Shown piece after piece: positions 13,277-27,386 of a stretch of 64,000 bases of DNA (positions are counted from its first letter, which is position 1; each line of letters begins with the position of its first letter). Source of the DNA: Eledone cirrhosa (lineage: Eukaryota); contig OZ024751.1 of NCBI GenBank assembly GCA_964016885.1, forward strand, positions 31,434,001 through 31,498,000. The letters are read 5' to 3'. A program made the translations under genes and the position numbers. The notes beneath the pieces are model-generated. The model had not been told where the DNA came from. It saw only the letters and a program-made list of their open reading frames with translations, and made no database searches.

Positions 13277-16200
13277 GTAAATATTGTGTATATTTTAGCA
13301 TTTTATTCGCCATTGTGCGGTGAAAAGTAGAAAAAAAAAATGGCTATTGTAATATAACATTGAAATTGAGAACCCATCTCTCTTTTAGCCTCTTTATATT
13401 TCACTCCCTCCCTCTATATGTCTTTGTATCTCTCTCTCTCAGCTTGTTGAGTAGTGACTACGAGGTGGTAGGGAGAGGTAAACGTTGCATTTCTCCCCCC
13501 TCTCTTTACACTTAGCTAGCAGCACTGGAACTCAACCTCCTCCTCCCATTTACAGCCAATGAAGATGACGCCTCACTCACTACTTACTACTACTACTACT
13601 ACCCCTTTCTTGGACGAATATTTTCATGGATTGATTTATTTACATAATGAATCGTTGCGATTATTTTATTATTAGATATATTTTTTTTTTATTTGAAGAA
13701 GATAATTTAAAAAATATTTCTCCCTCTGATATAGGAATATTTTGTTAGGGATAAAAAAAAATGTGTTTGCTGCTGTGTTGCCATTGTTCCGGTCGGTAGT
13801 TGGCGGCGGCCATGATGGTTGTCTTATTGCAGTCGTCGCAGTTTCTCACTTAATAACATCATCATCATAATAACAATAACTATAACAATACCATTATAAT
13901 ATTTAACTAAACGACGCTCAACCGAAGAAACAACCCCCCTAAAAAAGGCCACAGAAGAGGTTTGGCTTTTTTTTTTTTTCTTTCGTGGACTTCACCCATT
14001 TTATATTAATTCCAGCAACTACTACTACTACGGAAAGGTTTATCTCTTTCCCTTGATAACTCTGCCCCGCTTCACTTCTCTTAATTATTTAGATGTAGTT
14101 TATTTTTTAATTTAAAATTTCATTGAAGTACTTTTTTGTTTTATTTAAATGTTTTTTTTTATATTCTCGATTTCTTTCCACTGCTGCTCCTACCTTTCAA
14201 TGTAATTTGATCTTATGGAATCATTTTCTCTCTTACACGTGCATATTATTGACACGGTCTCTCTTCCGTGTTGAATATTTTTAGTTTATAGATTCGGGGA
14301 CGGGAAGATCCTTTAAAAAATATTAATAACACATCTATTTAATCAAACCAACCAATAGAAGTAGACCTGCTCAACGAGACGGTCTTCAGGTCACTTTCCT
14401 CTTCCTAAGGTGCTACGTTAAATATGTAGGCATATATATTTATTTACCTGGTGAATTAAACCCCGGCGGTAGCCTCTAATTAATTCAACCTGAACTTTAC
14501 ATTAACAGGTGTTCCTTTTAATAGTGTTAATAAACGTTACTTAATTAGATGACTTTCATTTGACCTTCGATATTTACGTCTTTACACGTGGGACATATTT
14601 TAGCAATTTAAAAGTTTATATTTAAAAACAATTTTTCGTATTTGGTCTCTTAAATAATTTTGCAATTTGTACGTTTGTTGGCAAATTTACGCTTAATATG
14701 ATCTTGATTAAAAAAGTACTTCAACATACGATGCAAGACGTCATTTTATGTAATTATTAATGTGATATAATTAATATAGTAATATTAAATTATAAATTTT
14801 TTTCCTAATTTAGGTAAATAATTTTGTTATTGGTTAACAATTTTCCGTACCTCCAACCCTGGTGATTATATAGATGTTATGTCCTTAGTTATATTACTTA
14901 AACTATCTTGTTTATATTTGAAGGTATTTTGTATTTCCCGGTTTTATCCACGTGGTTTTGTTGATCAAAACAATGCAATATTAATGCATGTTTTTTTGGT
15001 AATTTATTTGCCATTATAAATTAGTTAAATAATCAAATACTGTCATTAATTGGTTATTTTTTGTCTTTAAATATAATAGAATAAAATTAATAAATTATCA
15101 ATTATTAAATTTTTAAAAATAGTTTCGTAGTTAATTGCTTAAAGAAATAAATTTAATAAGTTGAAAGGTTATTAGCTTATTATATATGTGCTGATTATTT
15201 TTTAAATTAATAATTGTTTAATAAATTAGTTACTGAGATAGATAAAATTAATTCAGCATGTAATATCAAATTTGTTATTTTATCTTGAATTATAATTTGA
15301 GAATCTAAATTAATTGCATGGTGTTTTGAAATGTAACAATAATTGACAAAATTCTAGCTAGTTTACTTTAAATTTGAATAAGTTATGATTAATTAGATAA
15401 GTTATAATGCCTGCTTCGCTCGCAAATAAAATAATTCTCTGACAAAATAGGGTGTGTTTAATATTGGATGTATGTCTGCTTCATTTTCTGGAAATTTGAA
15501 AGTGAAACAGGATATTATATGTATATACCTAGATTTATTTGGAATGTAAAGCATTGGAAGAAAAAAAAAACGAAAGAAGCTACTTTTTGATAGAAGAAAC
15601 TAATTTTATGTGGTCTTTCACTGGTTTCAGTCATCAGGTTGGGACACTACCTTCATTTGGTCAGCCATATCGGGCCCCAATACTAATTTTTTAAGTCTGG
15701 TACTTATTCTATCGATTCCTCTTTTTCCTCAGTCGTAAACACACGCACTTGTATACGTATAGGACGGGCTTTTGTAGTTTCCGTCGACCAAATTCAACTC
15801 AAAACATCGATCAACGTCCCTCGGATTGAACCAGCAATGAAAACATTTGTATTGATAATTTGATCTGAAATGAAATAAAAGTATAAAGTACAAGTACTAA
15901 CAGTAAAAAGAGTAAACGTGGTAAGAGACCGAAAGCTAGTGTTGCCCATCAAATGGATACAATATACTATGATAGTGAGGACTCTTCAGTTTGGCTTAGC
16001 ATGTGATAACTCCTCTAATGACGCTTCTACCATAAAATGCACTCAGTCCACTTTAAAGTGGTAGTGTTAGTGTCAGAAAAACACAGTCAACTGGAATGTG
16101 TTGGTGTCAGAAAAATACACCCAGTCCCCTGGAAAATGGTAGCATTGGTGTCATAAAACAAAAATACCCAGTTCACCGTAAAGTGGTTATGCTATCCCCA

Positions 16201-17344
16201 TGATAAAATGTACCCAAGAAAGTGGTACTAGTGACACTAAAAATACACCCACTATACATTGTAAGGTTATTGGTGTTCGGAAGGGCATCCTGCCAATTAT
16301 GGAAGGTGTGAAATGAGTTTATTCCAACCCATCTGGTCTTGGACAGTGGTAGCTTGTTCAACCAATTCCAGTTTGGAAAACACCGATGGTGATGAATCAT
16401 ACAGTAAACTGAAAAGATGTTGCTTGTGACTCATATAACCAGATCATAACTGATGTCAACCAGAAAATGTTGGTTTGGTCAGCAATCGGCTTCAGTTTTA
16501 TATAATATACATATGCTAAAATATGAATTAACTTTCAATGCACAATATGATTTACATGAACTTTAAACATGTGGTACATCTATAAATGGTGGATAGTTTT
16601 GTTTTCCATGAGACCAAATAGCTTATTTGCCACCTATTTATTCCTGGGAGTGTCATATGGGTAGACTTCTCAAAAATTCCTTCCAGCAGGTCCTGTCAGA
16701 AGTAGCCATCTCCAATTGATTTGACTGGATCCCCAAGTAAGGCTAGCCGGGTCCAAGACCAAAATGTGGTTTGATGTCTAGGGTATTACCTATTAGACTG
16801 GCTTGTTTAGCTAGCCCACACATCAACTCCTGTTACAATCAACAAATAAGATAAGTATTGAGGTCAGTACCATTAATTAAGACCCTTAAAGTGAATATCC
16901 CAGTATGACTGACACTTGTATCAATATATGTGCTGGATTATCCCTCTAATATAAGCAACAAATTATAAGAATCTGTTGGTACTAACATTGTATTTGTTCT
17001 GATCAAAGATTTACATTGAACTGCTGAGACAAGCAATGGATTCTATGTCTAGTTGCCAAATTATAAATATTATTTTATGGAATTATTAATTTTATTTTGA
17101 AAATGTTAATAATGAGGACATCATACAACAGCCAGGAAATATTTTGCAACAAAACACTGAACAAAATGTAATTTCCTGGCCAACACTAAACTATTTTTAG
17201 TTAGTCTAACATAAATGTTTTTTAAGCAGTCACATCAGTTTAGAACAACTAATTTACAGGTTTATTGTCCTACCAACTGATCTACAAAGAAAGGCCATGT
17301 CATCACTAAACTTGTGTGTGGGGGATTAGTAGCAATATTATCTC

Positions 17345-17532
17345 TTAACCCTTTAGTATTTACATTACTCAATATATACTATAGTATTTTCACGGTAAAG
17401 GCTTTATCTCACATAATGAAGCTATGAGATTTTGAGAACAATACCTTAACATCGGTATGGGCAGCCAATTACGGCTGGTTGGAACATTAAGAGGTGAGAG
17501 AATCCTGGCTGGTTTAAATGCTAAAGGGTTAA
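17345..17532. mobile_element. piggyBac-type MITE, copy 1
   Basis: TTAA-CCCTTTAG...AAATGCTAAAGGG-TTAA. Confidence 0.8.
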
Positions 17533-18943
17533 TGTTCTGTACTACATGAAACCCCATTATCGAGACATTCTTGAAGAGCACTGTCACTGAATCACATTAA
17601 AAAGATAGTCTTTGTCCCAATGCTATAAATTTTCGCAACGATCTGTCCACTAGTAGAGACACTATACTCGTTTACGGTAAAAAACCACAGCAGGACTTTC
17701 TTTGCACGAGTGAACTAAACTCTTTCCAATCTAAAGAAGGAAGGCTCCTTAGAGGTAGTTAAAATCTGTTACCCAGGTGAACTAATTAAAAGTAGAGCAG
17801 CCTGAAAAAAAACAAGATGAACAGTTTAAACAGCAACTACTTCTGTTGGCAGTGAAGGCATTCTCACAAGTTAAGTGTAGATTGCATGATGCTTGTGTAC
17901 AAAGTGCAATGTTGCATGGTAGTGAGATGTGAGTCTTGAATGCATAGGATATGTAAAGTCTAGAAAGAAATGAAATGGCCATTCTCTACTATATGTTTAA
18001 TGTAAAAGAATGATGGAACAGATGAGTTGAGTGAATGACTGAGTTTAAGAAGAATTAAATATAGTGTGTACAAGAATCATGGAACAGATGAGTTGAGTGA
18101 ATGACTGAGTTTAAGAGGAATTAAATATAGTTTGTACAAGAAGATTGAATTGGTACAGACAAAGTGCGTATGGTTGATGATTGTTGCGGAAGGAAAATAT
18201 GGTAGTTAGATTTAGCAAGAATTGGGGAGAAGTGGTGAAATATGGCAAGTTGAGAGGACTTGTCCAACCCATTGAGAAAAAGAAACGTAAGTAAAAATTA
18301 TGAGAATGATGTGTACCAAAATAAAAATGAACCCAGCCCACTCTGTAAACTGGTGGTGTTGGTGTCATGATGAAAAGCACCCAGTTGGCAATGTAGAGTG
18401 GTAGTACTGGTGCCATGTTAAAAGCACCTAGTCCACTGTAACGCACGCTGTAAAGGGGTTGGTGTTCAGAAGGCATTTAGCCATAGAAACCATGCTCCCA
18501 ATACACACGGTAAGGTGGTTGGGGTTAGGAAGGGCATCCAGCTATAGAAATTATGTTCCCAGTACACTCTTTAAAGTGGTTGGTGTTAGGAAGGGTATCC
18601 AGCCATAGAAACCATTTCCTAGTACACTGTAAAGTGGTTGGTGTTAGGAAGAGCATCGCACCATAGAAACTATGCTTTCAGGCCACACTCTAGGGTGGTT
18701 GGTGTTAAGGAGGGCATCCAGCCATAGAAACCAAGCTAAAAATGGATCGATTGAGCCTCAGAGCATGACGATCTGTTTAACCAATGCAAGCATGGAAAAC
18801 TTTGATGATGATTGTAAATAGTTTTTAGGTTAATTACTTCATGTACACCTAATTGAAGTGATGCAGAACAAGGTTTTCAACAAGGAAGGAGGTATGGAAA
18901 AATTAGGAAAACCTGTCTTTAATTATAAAATTGATTTAGATAA

Positions 18944-21900
18944 TCATTTTGGTGCCATGACAAAAAGTACCCAGTCCACCATGTTACACAGTCATTTTGG
19001 TGCCATGACAAAAAGTATCCAGTCCACCATGTTACACAGTCATTTTGGTGCCATGACAAAAAGTATCCAGTCCACCATGTTACACAGTCATTTTGATGCC
19101 ATGACAAAAAGTATCCAGTCCACCATGTTACACAGTCATTTTGATGCCATGACAAAAAGTATCCAGTCCACCATGTTACACAGTCATTTTGGTGCCATGA
19201 CAAAAAGTACCCAGTCCACCATGTTACACAGTCATTTTGATGCCATGACAAAAAGTACCCAGTCCACCATGTTACACAGTCATTTTGGTGCCATGACAAA
19301 AAGTATCCAGTCCACCATGTTACACAGTCATTTTGGTGCCATGACAAAAAGTACCCAGTCCACCATGTTACACAGTCATTTTGATGCCATGACAAAAAGT
19401 ATCCAGTCCACCATGTTACACAGTCATTTTGATGCCATGACAAAAAGTACCCAGTCCACCATGTTACACAGTCATTTTGGTGCCATGACAAAAAGTATCC
19501 AGTCCACCATGTTACACAGTCATTTTGGTGCCATGACAAAAAGTACCCAGTCCACCATGTTACACAGTCATTTTGATGCCATGACAAAAAGTATCCAGTC
19601 CACCATGTTACACAGTCATTTTGGTGCCATGATAAAAAGTACCCAGTCCACCATGTTACACAGTCATTTTGATGCCATGACAAAAAGTACCCAGTCCACC
19701 ATGTTACACAGTCATTTTGATGCCATGACAAAAAGTATCCAGTCCACCATGTTACACAGTCATTTTGGTGCCATGACAAAAAGTATCCAGTCCACCATGT
19801 TACACAGTCATTTTGGTGTCATGTTAAAAAGTATCCAGTCCACCATGTTACACAGTCATTTTGATGCCATGACAAAAAGTATCCAGTCCACCATGTTACA
19901 CAGTCATTTTGGTGCCATGACAAAAAGTACCCAGTCCACCATGTTACACAGTCATTTTGATGCCATGACAAAAAGTACCCAGTCCACCATGTTACACAGT
20001 CATTTTGGTGCCATGACAAAAAGTATCCAGTCCACCATGTTACACAGTCATTTTGATGCCATGACAAAAAGTATCCAGTCCACCATGTTACACAGTCATT
20101 TTGGTGCCATGACAAAAAGTATCCAGTCCACCATGTTACACAGTCATTTTGGTGCCATGACAAAAAGTACCCAGTCCACCATGTTACACAGTCATTTTGA
20201 TGCCATGACAAAAAGTACCCAGTCCACCATGTTACACAGTCATTTTGGTGCCATGACAAAAAGTATCCAGTCCACCATGTTACACAGTCATTTTGATGCC
20301 ATGACAAAAAGTATCCAGTCCACCATGTTACACAGTCATTTTGATGCCATGACAAAAAGTATCCAGTCCACCATGTTACACAGTCATTTTGGTGCCATGA
20401 CAAAAAGTACCCAGTCCACCATGTTACACAGTCATTTTGATGCCATGACAAAAAGTATCCAGTCCACCATGTTACACAGTCATTTTGGTGCCATGACAAA
20501 AAGTATCCAGTCCACCATGTTACACAGTCATTTTGGTGCCATGACAAAAAGTACCCAGTCCACCATGTTACACAGTCATTTTGATGCCATGACAAAAAGT
20601 ACCCAGTCCACCATGTTACACAGTCATTTTGGTGCCATGACAAAAAGTATCCAGTCCACCATGTTACACAGTCATTTTGATGCCATGACAAAAAGTATCC
20701 AGTCCACCATGTTACACAGTCATTTTGGTGCCATGACAAAAAGTATCCAGTCCACCATGTTACACAGTCATTTTGATGCCATGACAAAAAGTATCCAGTC
20801 CACCATGTTACACAGTCATTTTGATGCCATGACAAAAAGTACCCAGTCCACCATGTTACACAGTCATTTTGGTGCCATGACAAAAAGTATCCAGTCCACC
20901 ATGTTACACAGTCATTTTGGTGCCATGACAAAAAGTACCCAGTCCACCATGTTACACAGTCATTTTGATGCCATGACAAAAAGTATCCAGTCCACCATGT
21001 TACACAGTCATTTTGGTGCCATGATAAAAAGTACCCAGTCCACCATGTTACACAGTCATTTTGATGCCATGACAAAAAGTACCCAGTCCACCATGTTACA
21101 CAGTCATTTTGATGCCATGACAAAAAGTATCCAGTCCACCATGTTACACAGTCATTTTGGTGCCATGACAAAAAGTATCCAGTCCACCATGTTACACAGT
21201 CATTTTGGTGTCATGTTAAAAAGTATCCAGTCCACCATGTTACACAGTCATTTTGATGCCATGACAAAAAGTATCCAGTCCACCATGTTACACAGTCATT
21301 TTGGTGCCATGACAAAAAGTACCCAGTCCACCATGTTACACAGTCATTTTGATGCCATGACAAAAAGTACCCAGTCCACCATGTTACACAGTCATTTTGG
21401 TGCCATGACAAAAAGTATCCAGTCCACCATGTTACACAGTCATTTTGATGCCATGACAAAAAGTATCCAGTCCACCATGTTACACAGTCATTTTGGTGCC
21501 ATGACAAAAAGTATCCAGTCCACCATGTTACACAGTCATTTTGGTGCCATGACAAAAAGTACCCAGTCCACCATGTTACACAGTCATTTTGATGCCATGA
21601 CAAAAAGTACCCAGTCCACCATGTTACACAGTCATTTTGGTGCCATGACAAAAAGTATCCAGTCCACCATGTTACACAGTCATTTTGATGCCATGACAAA
21701 AAGTATCCAGTCCACCATGTTACACAGTCATTTTGGTGCCATGACAAAAAGTACCCAGTCCACCATGTTACACAGTCATTTTGATGCCATGACAAAAAGT
21801 ACCCAGTCCACCATGTTACACAGTCATTTTGGTGCCATGACAAAAAGTATCCAGTCCACCATGTTACACAGTCATTTTGGTGCCATGACAAAAAGTACCC

Positions 21901-24900
21901 AGTCCACCATGTTACACAGTCATTTTGATGCCATGACAAAAAGTATCCAGTCCACCATGTTACACAGTCATTTTGATGCCATGACAAAAAGTACCCAGTC
22001 CACCATGTTACACAGTCATTTTGGTGCCATGACAAAAAGTATCCAGTCCACCATGTTACACAGTCATTTTGGTGCCATGACAAAAAGTACCCAGTCCACC
22101 ATGTTACACAGTCATTTTGATGCCATGACAAAAAGTATCCAGTCCACCATGTTACACAGTCATTTTGGTGCCATGATAAAAAGTACCCAGTCCACCATGT
22201 TACACAGTCATTTTGATGCCATGACAAAAAGTACCCAGTCCACCATGTTACACAGTCATTTTGATGCCATGACAAAAAGTATCCAGTCCACCATGTTACA
22301 CAGTCATTTTGGTGCCATGACAAAAAGTATCCAGTCCACCATGTTACACAGTCATTTTGGTGTCATGTTAAAAAGTATCCAGTCCACCATGTTACACAGT
22401 CATTTTGATGCCATGACAAAAAGTATCCAGTCCACCATGTTACACAGTCATTTTGGTGCCATGACAAAAAGTACCCAGTCCACCATGTTACACAGTCATT
22501 TTGATGCCATGACAAAAAGTACCCAGTCCACCATGTTACACAGTCATTTTGGTGCCATGACAAAAAGTATCCAGTCCACCATGTTACACAGTCATTTTGA
22601 TGCCATGACAAAAAGTATCCAGTCCACCATGTTACACAGTCATTTTGGTGCCATGACAAAAAGTATCCAGTCCACCATGTTACACAGTCATTTTGGTGCC
22701 ATGACAAAAAGTACCCAGTCCACCATGTTACACAGTCATTTTGATGCCATGACAAAAAGTACCCAGTCCACCATGTTACACAGTCATTTTGATGCCATGA
22801 CAAAAAGTACCCAGTCCACCATGTTACACAGTCATTTTGGTGCCATGACAAAAAGTATCCAGTCCACCATGTTACACAGTCATTTTGATGCCATGACAAA
22901 AAGTATCCAGTCCACCATGTTACACAGTCATTTTGATGCCATGACAAAAAGTATCCAGTCCACCATGTTACACAGTCATTTTGGTGCCATGACAAAAAGT
23001 ACCCAGTCCACCATGTTACACAGTCATTTTGATGCCATGACAAAAAGTATCCAGTCCACCATGTTACACAGTCATTTTGGTGCCATGACAAAAAGTATCC
23101 AGTCCACCATGTTACACAGTCATTTTGGTGCCATGACAAAAAGTACCCAGTCCACCATGTTACACAGTCATTTTGATGCCATGACAAAAAGTACCCAGTC
23201 CACCATGTTACACAGTCATTTTGGTGCCATGACAAAAAGTATCCAGTCCACCATGTTACACAGTCATTTTGATGCCATGACAAAAAGTATCCAGTCCACC
23301 ATGTTACACAGTCATTTTGGTGCCATGACAAAAAGTATCCAGTCCACCATGTTACACAGTCATTTTGATGCCATGACAAAAAGTATCCAGTCCACCATGT
23401 TACACAGTCATTTTGATGCCATGACAAAAAGTACCCAGTCCACCATGTTACACAGTCATTTTGGTGCCATGACAAAAAGTATCCAGTCCACCATGTTACA
23501 CAGTCATTTTGGTGCCATGACAAAAAGTACCCAGTCCACCATGTTACACAGTCATTTTGATGCCATGACAAAAAGTATCCAGTCCACCATGTTACACAGT
23601 CATTTTGGTGCCATGATAAAAAGTACCCAGTCCACCATGTTACACAGTCATTTTGATGCCATGACAAAAAGTACCCAGTCCACCATGTTACACAGTCATT
23701 TTGATGCCATGACAAAAAGTATCCAGTCCACCATGTTACACAGTCATTTTGGTGCCATGACAAAAAGTATCCAGTCCACCATGTTACACAGTCATTTTGG
23801 TGTCATGTTAAAAAGTATCCAGTCCACCATGTTACACAGTCATTTTGATGCCATGACAAAAAGTATCCAGTCCACCATGTTACACAGTCATTTTGGTGCC
23901 ATGACAAAAAGTACCCAGTCCACCATGTTACACAGTCATTTTGATGCCATGACAAAAAGTACCCAGTCCACCATGTTACACAGTCATTTTGGTGCCATGA
24001 CAAAAAGTATCCAGTCCACCATGTTACACAGTCATTTTGATGCCATGACAAAAAGTATCCAGTCCACCATGTTACACAGTCATTTTGGTGCCATGACAAA
24101 AAGTATCCAGTCCACCATGTTACACAGTCATTTTGGTGCCATGACAAAAAGTACCCAGTCCACCATGTTACACAGTCATTTTGATGCCATGACAAAAAGT
24201 ACCCAGTCCACCATGTTACACAGTCATTTTGGTGCCATGACAAAAAGTATCCAGTCCACCATGTTACACAGTCATTTTGATGCCATGACAAAAAGTATCC
24301 AGTCCACCATGTTACACAGTCATTTTGGTGCCATGACAAAAAGTATCCAGTCCACCATGTTACACAGTCATTTTGATGCCATGACAAAAAGTATCCAGTC
24401 CACCATGTTACACAGTCATTTTGGTGCCATGACAAAAAGTATCCAGTCCACCATGTTACACAGTCATTTTGGTGTCATGTTAAAAAGTATCCAGTCCACC
24501 ATGTTACACAGTCATTTTGATGCCATGACAAAAAGTATCCAGTCCACCATGTTACACAGTCATTTTGGTGCCATGACAAAAAGTACCCAGTCCACCATGT
24601 TACACAGTCATTTTGATGCCATGACAAAAAGTACCCAGTCCACCATGTTACACAGTCATTTTGGTGCCATGACAAAAAGTATCCAGTCCACCATGTTACA
24701 CAGTCATTTTGATGCCATGACAAAAAGTATCCAGTCCACCATGTTACACAGTCATTTTGGTGCCATGACAAAAAGTATCCAGTCCACCATGTTACACAGT
24801 CATTTTGGTGTCATGACAAAAAGTATCCAGTCCACCATGTTACACAGTCATTTTGGTGCCATGACAAAAAGTATCCAGTCCACCATGTTACACAGTCATT

Positions 24901-26650
24901 TTGATGCCATGACAAAAAGTATCCAGTCCACCATGTTACACAGTCATTTTGGTGCCATGACAAAAAGTATCCAGTCCACCATGTTACACAGTCATTTTGG
25001 TGTCATGTTAAAAAGTATCCAGTCCACCATGTTACACAGTCATTTTGATGCCATGACAAAAAGTATCCAGTCCACCATGTTACACAGTCATTTTGGTGCC
25101 ATGACAAAAAGTATCCAGTCCACCATGTTACACAGTCATTTTGGTGTCATGACAAAAAGTATCCAGTCCACCATGTTACACAGTCATTTTGGTGCCATGA
25201 CAAAAAGTATCCAGTCCACCATGTTACACAGTCATTTTGATGCCATGACAAAAAGTATCCAGTCCACCATGTTACACAGTCATTTTGGTGCCATGACAAA
25301 AAGTATCCAGTCCACCATGTTACACAGTCATTTTGGTGTCATGTTAAAAAGTATCCAGTCCACCATGTTACACAGTCATTTTGATGCCATGACAAAAAGT
25401 ATCCAGTCCACCATGTTACACAGTCATTTTGGTGCCATGACAAAAAGTACCCAGTCCACCATGTTACACAGTCATTTTGATGCCATGACAAAAAGTACCC
25501 AGTCCACCATGTTACACAGTCATTTTGGTGCCATGACAAAAAGTATCCAGTCCACCATGTTACACAGTCATTTTGATGCCATGACAAAAAGTATCCAGTC
25601 CACCATGTTACACAGTCATTTTGGTGCCATGACAAAAAGTATCCAGTCCACCATGTTACACAGTCATTTTGGTGTCATGACAAAAAGTATCCAGTCCACC
25701 ATGTTACACAGTCATTTTGGTGCCATGACAAAAAGTATCCAGTCCACCATGTTACACAGTCATTTTGATGCCATGACAAAAAGTATCCAGTCCACCATGT
25801 TACACAGTCATTTTGGTGCCATGACAAAAAGTATCCAGTCCACCATGTTACACAGTCATTTTGCTGCCATGACAAAAAGTATCCAGTCCACCATGTTACA
25901 CAGTCATTTTGGTGCCAAGACAAAAAGTATCCAGTCCACCATGTTACACAGTCATTTTGGTGTCATGTTAAAAAGTACCCAGTCCACCATGTTACACAGT
26001 CATTTTGGTGCCATGACAAAAAGTATCCAGTCCACCATGTTACACAGTCATTTTGGTGTCATGTTAAAAAGTACCCAGTCCACCATGTTACACAGTCATT
26101 TTGGTGCCATGACAAAAAGTATCCAGTCCACCATGTTACACAGTCATTTTGGTGTCTTGTTAAAAAGTACCCAGTCCACCATGTTACACAGTCATTTTGG
26201 TGCCATGACAAAAAGTATCCAGTCCACCATGTTACACAGTCATTTTGGTGCCATGACAAAAAGTATCCAGTCCACCATGTTACACAGTCATTTTGGTGTC
26301 ATGTTAAAAAGTACCCAGTCCACCATGTTACACAGTCATTTTGCTGCCATGACAAAAAGTATCCAGTCCACCATGTTACACAGTCATTTTGCTGCCATGA
26401 CAAAAAGTATCCAGTCCACCATGTTACACAGTCATTTTGGTGCCATGACAAAAAGTATCCAGTCCACCATGTTACACAGTCATTTTGGTGTCATGTTAAA
26501 AAGTACCCAGTCCACCATGTTACACAGTCATTTTGGTGCCATGACAAAAAGTATCCAGTCCACCATGTTACACAGTCATTTTGGTGTCATGTTAAAAAGT
26601 ACCCAGTTGATTCTGTTAGATGATCATTTTGGTACCACAATAAAAAGTAC
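18944..26650 (+). repeat. 48-bp minisatellite array, ~160 near-identical copies
   Basis: Unit cagtcattttg(g/a)tgccatgacaaaaagta(c/t)ccagtccaccatgttaca; no indels (frame stays open for 2603 codons). Confidence 0.99.
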
Positions 26651-27386
26651 GTTGACCAGACTAATGTAGTTGGCATTAGGCAGGGCATTCAGTTGTAGAA
26701 ACCAAGCCAAAATAGATCCGTATAAGGTCACCTGACCTGAATTGTCTCAAGGTGACAACCTTTCTAACCCATGCAAACAGTAAAGGTAGACTGAATTAAT
26801 TACAGTAGAGGTAGATTAAGGAAGATCTAAATAGAGGTGATGAGAGCTGATTTCAAATCAATGAAGTTTCCCACCAAGAAATGACAAACAAACCCAATGA
26901 ATGACGAGATACTGTGCTGAGAAAGACCTGTCCAACCCAAGCAAGCATGCTTGCTGGGTTGGACAGGTCTTTCTCAGTGGGTGTATAATGATGATGTATG
27001 ACTAGAAATACGTTATATCTATTATCCAAGCTAACAGATATTGTAACAAATAGTGTAAAACATGATAATGATACTAGAGTTTTTTATGATAGGGATGATA
27101 TATTATGTTTTTTATATTGCAAATATACACATGGTCAGGCTTCCCTCATAATGGAACCAGCCAGATCCCAAAGCAGCAACGGTTCCAATATTGTGCAAGG
27201 TATACCATGGTCATCTGGCCCGACTTGGCTCATAACAGGACCACCCAGGAACACGGCTCCACTATGTGTATGGCTTGGTGCAGCCAATTGGCCAGACCTC
27301 TCTCAGTGGAATCACACTGCTCCCAAACTGTGGTTCTGCTGTGAGCAGCGTACTGCATGGCCAACTGACCAGACTTGTCTCATGAC

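Noticed and set aside
18858-26669. 2603-aa ORF (and antisense WHQNDCVTWWTGYFLS ORFs) as a giant repeat protein
   Set aside because: A stop-free 48-bp (3n) unit gives a long ORF automatically; the unit derives from a SINE segment, the common variants change amino acids rather than synonymous sites, and the start is a GTG.
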